Assembly (NCBI GenBank): GCA_030248215.1
Contig: JASANG010002570.1
Coordinates: 248,001 to 312,000, forward strand
DNA length: 64,000 nt
Direction of reading: 5' to 3'
Source: Enoplolaimus lenunculus
Taxonomy: Eukaryota
The translations under genes were made by a program, and so were the position numbers. How positions within the stretch are numbered: the stretch's first letter is position 1; each line of letters opens with the position of its first letter. Below are positions 10,701 to 21,156 of the stretch, piece by piece. The notes beneath the pieces were generated by a model. The model was not told where the DNA came from. It made no database searches and saw only the letters and a list, made by a program, of their open reading frames with translations.

Positions 10701-13700
10701 AGAACTCAGAATTGTGAGTTGATGCAACTCTATCTGAGTTAACTGATCGATTCAGCCGGAATCAAATCAACTGAGACTGAAAATCAACTCAACTCAGAGT
10801 GTGTTAATGAATATTGATATTAACTCAGAAATAACTAACTCGCTGGCTGAGTTGATTATTCAACTCAGTGGAATTTACAGTGCATACTCTTGTCTAAACA
10901 GTCATCATCGACTCTTGACAGTACTTACTGAAGTATGGTACCATTGTAACCGTGGTAACAGTCGCTGTGCGACGAGTTGTACTGAAATACTGAACTGGAT
11001 GTACGAAAATATCGTTTCGAATTTGTTGCGCAATCGCTTTGGTTGTGATCATTTGAGCTTCTTGTGCTTAAAAATACATCTGAACTCTAAAAACCCGGTA
11101 TGTTCCAGGGTTCCAGCGGAATGCCGATTTCGGCTAAAATTGTGATAAAAATGAACGTTCCGATTTCGATTCCGGCTGAGTGCGTTTCCGATGCCGTAAT
11201 TCTGATTTTACGGTTATGAGCTTTTATTGAATTATTGGTAGCATGCCGATTGGGAAGAGGTCGTATTTTTAGCAACCGGCTGATAGTAGTTGGTTTATTG
11301 ATGCACTACACTAGCTTTTCTTCTGCCTATGACCTCGTTACAAGGTATAATTACGGCAAACTCTGAGAATTGGCAGGACTCCATTAACCCCTTCTCACAA
11401 TGAGCTGCCTATAGGCAACGCAGCGCAGTGTATATACGTTAAATAATGTATATCGCACCGTGTTTAACAATTGCAACACGTACACATAGTACTAAATCAC
11501 CACAAGACGTGAGAGCCCCCTCGGGCTCGAGCGTCAAGCTCCTACAGCTGAGTGGTGATGGTATACGCCTCCCACTCCAGTCACTGGAGTTCGAATCCTA
11601 GCATAAAAGTAGGTTTCAGGGGAAATAGAAAATATTCATGTGAGAAAGGGTTAATATCATAAAGTTGGACACAAACTATTTTTACTGAAAATGTAAACAA
11701 TAATATAAATGTGACATATGGCAACAAAAGTAATACGCTTACTTTCAATAGTATTACTAAAACTTAACCCTTTCTCACATGAATATTTTCAATTTCATAT
11801 GAGATGTAATTTCAAGGTAAGATTCGATCCCCAGACTCTCGGGTTGGAGGTGTTTACGATGACCACTCAGCTATAGGAGCTTGACGCTCGAGATCGAGGG
11901 GGCTGTCACGTCTTGTAGGGATTTTTCACTGCGCATATATGTTAAAATTGTTAAACACTACTCACAGTGTCTGTGTTGCTCGTACATTATTGTACTTAGT
12001 TGCCCATAGTATACTCTATGAGTGAAAGAGTTATAGATACTAAGTAAGAATTTTTTCAGTAAATTCCGATCGCGATTCCAGTTCCGACATCAAATTTCAT
12101 TCTGATTCCGGTTTCGACAACAAATTTAATTCTGATTCCGGTTTCGACAACAAATTTCATTCTGATTCCGGTTTCGACAACAAATTTCATTCTGATTCCG
12201 GTTCCGACAACAAATTTCATTCTGATTCCGGTTTCGACAACAAATTTCATTCTGATTCCGGTTTCGACAACAAATTTCATTCTGATTCCGGTTTCGACAA
12301 CAAATTTCATTCTGATTCCGGTTTCGACAACAAATTTCATTCTGATTCCGGTTTCGACAACAAATTTCATTCTGATTCCGGTTTCGACAACAAATTTCAT
12401 TCTGATTCCGGTTTCGACAACAAATTTCATTCTGATTCCGGTTTCGACAACAAATTTCATTCTGATTCCGGTTTCGACAACAAATTTCATTCTGATTCCG
12501 GTTTCGACAACAAATTTCATTCTGATTCCGGTTTCGACAACAAATTTCATTCCGATTCCGCTTCCGACAAAATCCAGTTCCGGTTGGAACCATGGTAAAA
12601 CCAATCGTTGCGTAGCACCTGTTACCAGTTGGTGATGTGGCTTGTATTTCCTGACAAATTTGACAACACTAAGGTTAGCAATTTAGTGCAGTTTTGTACT
12701 TGAATTAAGCCACTTCAGTGTAGCTTTTTTATCATCAACTGATGAATAAAGTTCGTTTGTTTGAAAACCTATTATTAATTGGCTGATAGCTGCTACACAC
12801 TGCTGAAACTAAAGGCTCCATATGACACGTTTTTTGCAAGCAGAAGAGTTTGTGTAAAGTCTTCGACTGCATTGGCACCTGAAGATCATTCCAGGATGGC
12901 TCCTGCGGTAGTCAGACTAAAGGTACAATAAGCCGCTTATGGCTTTTGCGCAGATACGCCGTGTATAACCATCCGTCACCTCGTATGTAATTAGCGTACA
13001 ATACCGCACGCGGGCTCGTAGTCAAGGGGGGGGCAGGGGTGCTCAGCCCCCTTGGAAAATTTTGCCCCCCCTAGAAAGTATTCATCCTTGCTTGTAACTC
13101 ATTGAAAACCCTTCAATGCCCCTAGTGAAAAATACTTAGCCCCCTCTAGCAAGGTGATCTGACTACGGGCCTGACCACACGGCCACGCACGTTCACGGAC
13201 GGCGTTGGACGTCATCATAGTCAAGGGGGGGGCAGGAGTGCTCAGCCCCCTTGGAAAATTTTGCCCCCCTAGAAAGTATTCATCCTTGCTTGTAACTCAT
13301 TGAAAACCCTTGAATGCCCCTAGTGAAAAATACTTAGCCCCCTCTAGCAAGGTGATCTGACTACGGGCCTGACCACACGGCAACGCACGTTCACGGACGG
13401 CGTTGGACGTCATCATAAATACGGGCGCCACCCGAAGAATTTCGTTGTACCATTCTGTACGCACGCGGCATTGCGTGGTCCATGAAGAGTATTTTTTGAC
13501 GCCATGACACGTGGCGAGAGTAGCAGAACCCTTAATCAACCTTTGTTTACTGAATACAAAACTATCACAGTAGTTCGGATGTGGTGCGTTAGGAGTTAGC
13601 GTTTAGCCTTAAATGATTGCGTATTAAAATAAAACAATCATGAGGGAATGAAATTTTTCCGGTTTTGTACGTTTTCAATTGAAAACTACATACAAATGAC

Positions 13701-16700
13701 ATTTTCTGATATTCTAGAAATAGTTTCTTAAATACAAGACAATTATGTCTTAATCTAGACTCAATACATATATGTCTTGAATGCAAGGCATTAGTTTACG
13801 AAATTGTTCAAAAATCGGTGTCTGAAATTTTTAATACTTAAAGTCTAAAATCTAAGAGTGTGTTTTATAAACGATTAAGACAAACATTTTTAAAATAAGA
13901 CAAATATGTCTGAAATATAAGACAAATATGCCTGAAATAAAAGACTTGTTGCTGATTATTGAGTTAAGACAACTATTTCTTGAAAAAAAAGAAATTTGTT
14001 TCTTATTGTAAATAGCAATTTCTTGAATATAAGACATTTATCTTTTAAGCATTTCAGACACAAATTTCTAAGCTGTTTAAGGCTATTAATGTCTGAAATA
14101 CAAGACATTATTGTCTTGAAAATGTAGAAAGTACACTGTAAATTCTAATGAGTTAACAAAACAACTCAGACGGAAAGTTAATTATTCCTGAGTTAATAAC
14201 AATACACTTTAACTCACTCTGAGTTGAGTTGAATCTCACTCTGAGTTGAGTTTATTCCAGGAGAGTTCACTATTTAAACCAGAATAAGTTGAATCAAGAG
14301 TGGATGATCACTCTTTATAACTAGAGAGTGCAACTGGGTACATTCTGTGTATTAAAGAATGTACCCGGCACGCGTTGCGTTTTTGGCCTACCCCCATCCC
14401 TTGTTTAGGGGCGGGGTGGTCTTTATGCAGTTTTATATCGTAGTAAAGGAGGAAATTGTAACCCCCCTGTTTAAGGGGGTAGGTGTACTGAAGCATACTG
14501 TTAATCTCTTGCTTAACCCCCCCTGATTGAGGGGGGGTCGAACCAAAATGCAACGCGTGCTGGTACATTCTTTAATACACAGAATGTACCCAGTTGCACA
14601 CTCTTGTTATAAAGAGTGATCGTCCTCTCTTGGTTGAATCAACCTAGAATTATGAGTTCTAATAGTCCTAACTCGCAGACTGAGCGATTCAACTCATTCC
14701 GCGTTAAAATCAACTCACTGGAATTTACAGTGTAGGAGTGTTGAAAGTTGAAGACAATTAATTTTGTGTGATGTGAACAGATATTAATACTTACGTGACA
14801 TGATTTTGATTTGTTTAATATCGGTCGGATTCAGCCGAAACACTTTTGTCATCGCTGATTTCAAATTTAAACGTTCGTATAACGTTTTATCAAGCACAGG
14901 ACTATCGAACGAGAACAATGTTATAATTTCGTCTGCATCGCCAATTGAAATAAAGTTTTCCGGCAACACCACACGACAATCTTGACCACACTGTACTACT
15001 TTTGTATTATCAAGTTTGTTATTCTTATTATTATTGTTATTATTATTATTGTTGTTGTTGTTATTATTACTATTATTATTCTGAACACTTTGTTGTTCGA
15101 TTGCTTTACGAAATGAATCTGAACGATTGGTACCCATAGTTCTACGATCACTACTCCCGGATTGGGACTGCGTTTTGGATCCACGCTTATCCTGAGAGCC
15201 AGGACGAGGTCTACCGGATATTAAATGCTCTCCGGGTCGTTTGCTTCGGTTTTCGTTAAGTCGTCTTGTAGCCGAATGAGCTGTGGAGCCGCTAGAGTTT
15301 GAAGCACCACTGGCGTGATTCTGTCTGTGCGAGTTAGCAGTAGGCATAGTTGATGGCTTGGTTGCTTTTTGCTCGCATGGGTCCGCGATACGGCGTTTTC
15401 GGCGTTTGATCCGGACTTTTTTGTACCGATTACGCGGACCACGACGGCGAACGATATAATACAACTGGTCGTCTGAAACAAATAATGGCTCGTGTACGAT
15501 ATCGCATCACGTTCGCACTTGGGTTTAGGTTTAATCGAAGGTTTGGCCCTGCTTAAGCCGTTGCCTGTGTCTATTGAATTGCCATAGCCAAAACTCGAAG
15601 CCCAAGCCTTAGGGTTGAGCAATACTTTTGATGACGTCCGGCACCGGCCGTCCACATCCGGCGGCGTCTGTCGCTGTGCTGTAATTGTACGCAAATTACT
15701 CACGTACAAAACTGTATGGTGTGACAGACAGTGGCGTACTGTGACGGATGGCGACAGACGGCGTGGCAGGACAAGTATAGCGCCAATGTTATTCTCAAAC
15801 GTGTGGAAAGTGTACAAGGGCCTGAATAATGATTGATTTTGGCAATAGGGGTAGCATACGGTAGCGAAAACGCCGTAAATTTTTTCGAACTGCAAAAAGC
15901 ACAAACATAGAGCACAAATCGAAATAATTAGCATATATACTGTAGTGACCCGAACAAGAGGGGTGACTGATATTTATTTGGCCTCTCCAAAGGTCCCCCC
16001 TGTTATTCGGTTGCATACCGTAATTTTTGTAACTCGCCCTTCGTTACTGATATGTATCCGACATTTCAACTATATCTGTTGAATTGAACGTTTGTCTTGT
16101 GTCAATAGCCTGAGCGATTATGCACGGTTAAACTTATGAATGTACTTTCAAAACTAAAGTATGCTTTTAAGTTTCAAACTCAACATTATTTGGTCTTAAA
16201 GTCATTTATGCACTGCAATTAGGGAAAATTGACATTTATGGGCTCTAATTAGGGTTTAGGGACTCGATCCGCTTACAGATTCTTTTTAGGGATACGGACT
16301 CTTATTGATTGGCTCTCAAAATGGGAATACCCTCTTATTTTTCCCCTCTTATTCGGGTAACTACAGTATTTACACACAAAACAAAACGTCAGAAATATTA
16401 AAGCAGCTTGAAATATTTGAACGAGTCAAATTGATTTTAGTTTTTGTTGAGGGTGTAAACGAATAGCAAAAATAACGGAAACGAAGAAAAACAGAAATAT
16501 ACGATTGTTAAAAAAATGTTTTGTTTTGTGCTGACAAAATTGAGGTATGCAAATGTTCACCGAGAAACTTTTTGAAAATTGGAAGAAACCAATTACGAAA
16601 TGTATGTCATTTTTTTTAAGATTTTAATAGAATTTTTACACTTTTATTTAAAATCGAACAATTGCAACATTATCAGAAATGTTTTAAAATGCATAGAATT

Positions 16701-19241
16701 CTTAAGTGATTTATCATTTATGACTTTAAAAATAACACAGTTTCTGATATAACGGAACCGGACGGTGATTTTTACCGGAAACGGATGTCCCGTCACGCGA
16801 TGATTTTATTAAAATAATATTTTTTTCGTGCCTTGACTGCGCCGAATTTATGATTGCCAACAGATACGCACTTCTATTTCCGTATCAGTTTCCGGTCTTA
16901 AATGTCGCGTTTCCGGTTCAATATACCTTCATTCATTGAGTACGTAAGAACCGATTTTGTTGGTACAACTTTGCCCATATACGATTCCAAATTGTCTTGT
17001 TCAAGCAATTCAATTAGGTAATTGGGAATTTTCTTCCGTGTCAAAATCATGAATTCTTTTCCTGAAACACAAAATTGTTAATTAATTAATTGAAATTGTT
17101 TTCACTGCAACTGACAGTACCGTAGCCACTGTTTCGGTTTTGTAAGCTAAAAAAGTTTAAAATGTTTGGCCAATGTTTTGGGCTTTAAGATAAGTTAGGT
17201 TATTCTATTGAGCCACTAAAAATGCGTATTTCTCATCTACTACAAATTTTAGTGAGGGGGGACATATATTGCACTATCCCTCGCCTTGAATGCACCCCTG
17301 GCACAGAAAGTAGTCTGGGCGAAGCTGTATTGCACCAATCACAAATCATGCGTCACTGCATGTCAGATTGTAGGGGCCCCCGTGCTAAATATGAAATAAT
17401 CAAATTAACAACATTTTTCTTATATTTTTGGTAAAAAATGTCTCCGGTACACGTTTCCCCCATGTACCAGAGTTGGGGGGCACCAGGAAAAATACTATCC
17501 CTGGAAGACAACGCCTACTTGATAATATTTTGATATCTTCAATTTCTGACGGTCGCATTTGTAGCCGTTGGGTATATCGTCGCCTTTGAAAGTGAACTTC
17601 TTCCGAATCATACTGGAATACTTTTCGTCGTGACCGCAAAAGCGTTGTCGCTTTGTCGCTTTGCTTGCATTGGTCTTAAAAATTGCTTAAATCCGCTAAA
17701 ATTCGACCCTAAGCAAGACCCGCAACCACTCCCGCTGACCGGGTGCCCGCAACTACCACGGGTGAAGAAGAAGCGTCCATCCCTTTACCGTTAGCATCGA
17801 ATCCCGTGGTCGAAAATTTGTTCAACTGTATTATGAGAATGGTCCGTGTATAGAACAGGGCAGGAACGTTTTCCTGCGGGTCCACAATAGAGTAAGCTCA
17901 AGCTTTAGACTATTTTTGCGTTGGCGTAGGCTTAGGGCTTATGCTTAGATGTAAGCTCATCCTTACGCTTATTTTTAGGCTTAGGCTTAGGCTTAGGAAT
18001 ATGCTTATTCCACTGTTCCGACCCTGTTCTATACATGGGCCATAAAATAATGTTACGAAAATTTTTGCTCCCTCTTAAAATCTTATTGCGCACCCTCGAC
18101 TAAGAATTTATGGGCGCACAGCTGATTACAGTTGAATTTTTTCCGCAAAGCTATTTTTAATTTAATCTGAAATGCAATTTTCAACAAGGGTATGAACTCA
18201 AGGTTCTTGGATGAACCCCGCTCATCGCGACTATATTCGCTATACTGCCGAATTTTGTTAAACTGTGGGCATTGTGCAGTTATTGCGCCTAATTAAGGGT
18301 TGCGCTATACTGGACGTCCATCGCATTCCGTCACCGTCCGGCGCTGTTTGTCACCGCCTGTCACCATACGGTAGCGTATGTCAGTAAATGCGCGTACGAT
18401 GCAACACGGCGACGGACGGCGCCGGACGTCATCAAAAGAAGACATGGTGGCTTATAGTAGGTACTCTATACGATAAAGGACGTGTAGCTGCATATCCTGT
18501 ATGTAATGTGGTTTGCGTCACATAGATGGTACGGCAATAAACCTGCATAGGTATATACATCAAGGACCAGTGGTGTAGTGAGCAACATATTTGCAGTGAA
18601 CGCCAAAAACTTAAATTGATTCTCGTTTGACGAATACCCAAATGTACATCGCAAGAAACAAAATAATTTTTTTTACAAAAATTAATTCAAAATTTCATTT
18701 TGAACGGTATTTTTCAGACTTTTTCAATAATTAAAATTAGATGTTAAAAAATAGGCAAGATAGACCTAGAAAGTTGTAATTTTTAGGTCCAATATAGCGA
18801 AAATGTTTCAATATTTGCAAAAGACTATCAATATACATTGTGAAGCATTGAAAAGTATCGTAAGCTTTACTGTAGTTTACGAGTTTAGATTGTTCCATCT
18901 GATATGCGCAATAATATATATTGCATAACATTAGCTGAAATAAATGGTCAAATTACGTATCGTAGGCGTTCTAGCTTGGCCCATGTATAGAACAGGGCCG
19001 GAACAGCAGTATAAGCATATTCCTAAGCCTAAGCATAAGCCTAAACAAAAAATAGTCTAAAGCTTAAACTGACTCTATTATACCTCCTCCGGAAACGATC
19101 CGGCCCTGTTCTATTCATGGGTAATATATCTCAAGCAGGGGGCGACACAAACCTGTGGTGTCGCCGTCTTCACTTGAACCTCCTTTATCACTTAACGTTG
19201 ACTCGTAAAACGGTGTCAGTTCAAATATGATAAACGGATAT
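7749..19241 (-). CDS. Spliced gene, C-terminal half: three copies of a ~90-aa domain (predicted beta-alpha-beta-beta-alpha-beta, SEA-like), polybasic RRKRR site and Ser/Asn-rich linker
   Basis: Phase-compatible GT-AG exons 19241-19153, 17674-17519, 17061-16927, 15472-14795 (track ORF 14784..15464), 11066-10929, 8967-8830 and 7894-7749 (stop). Three exons end IKILS|, IKIMS| and LKITS| at the same phase-1 position, and the following exons begin RKEFMILT, PQEAQMIT and STEAEIEFT. The fold assignment is inference. Confidence 0.75.
7942..8130. mobile_element. MITE family B (GGCC[A/C]ATGTA termini, 8-bp TSD, internal TTAGGC repeats); Merlin- or hAT-type
   Basis: Exact TSD GCTACGTC on both sides; TIR GGCCAATGTAAAGA...TCTTTACATGGGCC. 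Confidence 0.9.
8339..8707. repeat. 9-bp minisatellite GGGACA+[GAT/GTT/CTT], ~40 units, inside a family C-related element starting at 8227
   Basis: Read directly; it produces the spurious GTD/GTV/GTL, VPS/VPT and SQL/SHL ORFs. Confidence 0.9.
9208..10295. mobile_element. Foldback-like element with ~250-bp TIRs built from GTTGACCCTACCTCAAC motifs, inserted in a family D copy
   Basis: 9208-9470 is the reverse complement of ~10035-10295; no ORF; TSD unresolved. Confidence 0.8.
10631..10882. mobile_element. Family D copy (others: ~3060-3310, 8991-10332 split, ~33193-33320, ~33521-33750)
   Basis: CACTGTAAATTCC...GGAATTTACAGTG. Confidence 0.85.
11388..11650 (+). mobile_element. piggyBac-type MITE with internal tRNA-like A/B boxes
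   Basis: TTAA|CCCCTTCTCACA...TGTGAGAAAGGG|TTAA; AGCTGAGTGG (A-box-like) and GGAGTTCGAATCC (B-box-like) at ~11546-11598. Confidence 0.8.
11768..12030 (-). mobile_element. Second, inverted copy of the piggyBac-type MITE
   Basis: TTAA|CCCTTTCTCACATGAATATTTTC...GTGAAAGAG|TTAT; reverse-complement match to 11388-11650. Decayed copies at ~31180-31440 and ~33020-33190. Confidence 0.75.
12061..12570. repeat. 30-bp tandem repeat (CAAATTTCATTCTGATTCCGGTTTCGACAA), 16 near-identical copies plus one degenerate copy
   Basis: Units at 12091+30n up to 12541; very few substitutions. Confidence 0.95.
13019..13416. repeat. Recent ~199-bp tandem duplication of a hAT-like MITE plus its flank
   Basis: 13019-13217 and 13218-13416 are almost identical. 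Confidence 0.9.
13689..14770. mobile_element. AAGACA/TGTCTT-motif element (CACAC-type ends, probably CMC) hosting nested family D and P-like MITEs
   Basis: Dense AAGACA/TGTCTT motifs; ends ttttgtgtg; related copy at ~30510-31026. Left boundary approximate. Confidence 0.6.
14295..14632. mobile_element. P-superfamily-like MITE (CAAGAG termini, 7-bp TSD)
   Basis: Exact TSD GTTGAAT; ~80-bp inverted arms. Confidence 0.85.
15940..16366. mobile_element. MITE family A, full copy
   Basis: ta|CTGTAGTGACCCGAAC...TTCGGGTAACTACAG|ta; terminal inverted repeats and TA duplication. Confidence 0.9.
17841..18041. mobile_element. MITE family B (other copies: 18978-19122, 32190-32358, 38321-38473)
   Basis: Same TIRs and TTAGGC core. 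Confidence 0.8.
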
Positions 19242-19265
19242 CTGAAATTAATAAACACCTTACTA

Positions 19266-20405
19266 GTGTAGTGACCCATGTGAGCGGTCCCTGCCGCTGC
19301 TCCCTCCCTGTCGTTTGGATATCAAAGTCTTATGACAGAATCGTCCGGCTATGTCATTTGCGGTTACGGCATTAATGACATATCCGTTGTCCGACTAATT
19401 AATTAGCTTCCCTGGACGTTCTGGTCAATCTTAAGGTTCAACAGCAAGATTCAGGAAGTAACTGGTTTTCCTCTTAATAGAGGAAAATCGTATTAATTCA
19501 ATAAAAGAGGATTAAACCAGTTTAATCCAGATTTAATGAAGAAAATTGAGAATATTAAAACTGGAATAACCAGTTTTTCAGAGTTTATTTAAACAATTGT
19601 TTCTCTTAATTTTGGTGCAGTTTGGGTTCTAATCAGCTACAGAATGCGGTTAATTTTCATAACAGTTTTTGCAGAATTAGACACAATCCTAGTAGTCGTC
19701 TAATTCTTAGATTTGGGTTCGGCCTAAGTATTGTCACTTGTGTTTTTCTTTACTTGTTTTGTTGTTTTCGTGTTATACTTTGTTCTTGTATTTCGTATTA
19801 CTTAACTTCTTATCCTACGAGTATTAATAAAGTTTTTAACTGTCTTCAGTACTGAAATTGCGAGTTCGACGGGCTTCATCGTACAAACTCAGAGATCGAA
19901 CCTGCAGACTAAGACCAGTAAGGGATGAACTCGCCTGGTCCTCTAGTCACATACCCCTACCCCCGATTATATGGGTGGTTTACAACCCAAATATGAGGGG
20001 TACTGATATTAATTTGACCTCTCCAGATGGTACCCCCTGTTCGGATATACGGACTGTTTATTAGCCCGCCCTCCGCCGCCCTTCGTTACTAATATATATC
20101 CGGTACTTCAATTATCCGTTGAATTAAATGTTTATTCGTCTTGTCTCAATAGCTTGAGCGATGAGGTAAGGTTATACTTAGGAATGTAGTTTCAAAATTT
20201 AAGTGCGCTTTAAAGTTTCAAGCTCAAATTATTTGGTCCTAGAGTCATTTATGCGCTACAATTACGATAATTGACATTTATGGACTCTAATTATGGTTTA
20301 GGGACTCTATCCGTTTACGGACTCTTACTAAGAATGCGGACTCTTTCTGATTGGGACTCACAATGGGAACCGTTTTATTACACCCCCTTATTCGCGTCAC
20401 TACAG
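19266..20405. mobile_element. MITE family A copy split by a solo LTR
   Basis: Left TIR tgtagtgaccca at 19267-19278; the sequence resumes at 19985 and ends cgtcactacag|ta at 20405. Confidence 0.85.
19279..19984 (+). mobile_element. Solo LTR, 706 bp
   Basis: ACCCA|TGTGAG...TTTACA|ACCCA (5-bp TSD, TG..CA ends); AATAAA at ~19826; it interrupts the family A TIR cleanly. Confidence 0.85.
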
Positions 20406-20819
20406 TAGATCCATGCAGGTAATCAAGGAAAACGCAAAGTAAAAATACTGTAACGAAAAATGAATATTAAACAATTGAAGTATAAAAGTTTCAAAGATGT
20501 TATATATTTCTACCAAGACAATTGAAGTATTCAAATTCAGGCTGAATAAAATTTTATACAAAAAATACCGAATTTTGATTTCAAATTGAACAATTATATT
20601 AAAAATTGTATTTGGGCTCCTAAACGAACCAAATTGCAATTATTCAGTTGGTTTTGTGATGACATATGATTTAAGATCACAAAATAAACCCGTATAAATG
20701 CCAGATTTAGCAAAAAACTGACAACTAAAATACAGCATCGCAACCAGCAATTGTCAATAGAAGTGGCAAGAATATTGCTTGAGAAAGGAAATAATAAGCT
20801 ATTATGAAGTCTATTTGAC

Positions 20820-21156
20820 CAAGAGTGGATGATCACTCTTTATAACAAGAGTATGCAACTGGGCAGATTCTGTGTACAAAACAATGTACCCGAAAAGCGT
20901 TGTGTTTTTGGCCTCCCCTCCCTTACTTAAGGGGGGCGTCAAGGTTGACAATTTTTTCAATTTTACACGTTGAAATGTTGCAGTTGTAAACTGACTCTGT
21001 TTATGGTTTTCAAAGCATGCGCATTTTACGTTTCAAGCATCAAGTACCCCCTTTAAATAAGGGGGGTCGGCCAAAAATGCAACGCCCGTTTTTAGATTTT
21101 GTACCACACAAATTTCGGTAATTGCACACTCTTGTTAGAGTGATCATCCACTCTTG
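20820..21156. mobile_element. P-superfamily-like MITE, second copy
   Basis: CAAGAGTGGATGATCACTCT TIRs; TSD atttgac/atctgac. Confidence 0.85.

Noticed and set aside
11538..11605. tRNA gene
   Set aside because: A/B-box-like motifs are present, but I cannot form a complete cloverleaf or acceptor stem, and it lies within a repeated TTAA-flanked element.
12056..12604. 182-aa and 155-aa repeat ORFs; possible CRISPR-like array
   Set aside because: Pure 30-bp tandem repeat with no unique spacers or cas genes, in a eukaryotic intron.
12800..13540. Possible exons with a TGF-beta-like end (HPGMIFRCQCS)
   Set aside because: Not phase-compatible with neighbouring exons, and no full cystine-knot pattern.
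15221..15934. 237-aa minus-strand ORF
   Set aside because: It runs through a MITE and overlaps the real exon in a different frame; the AG at 15473-15474 defines the coding frame.
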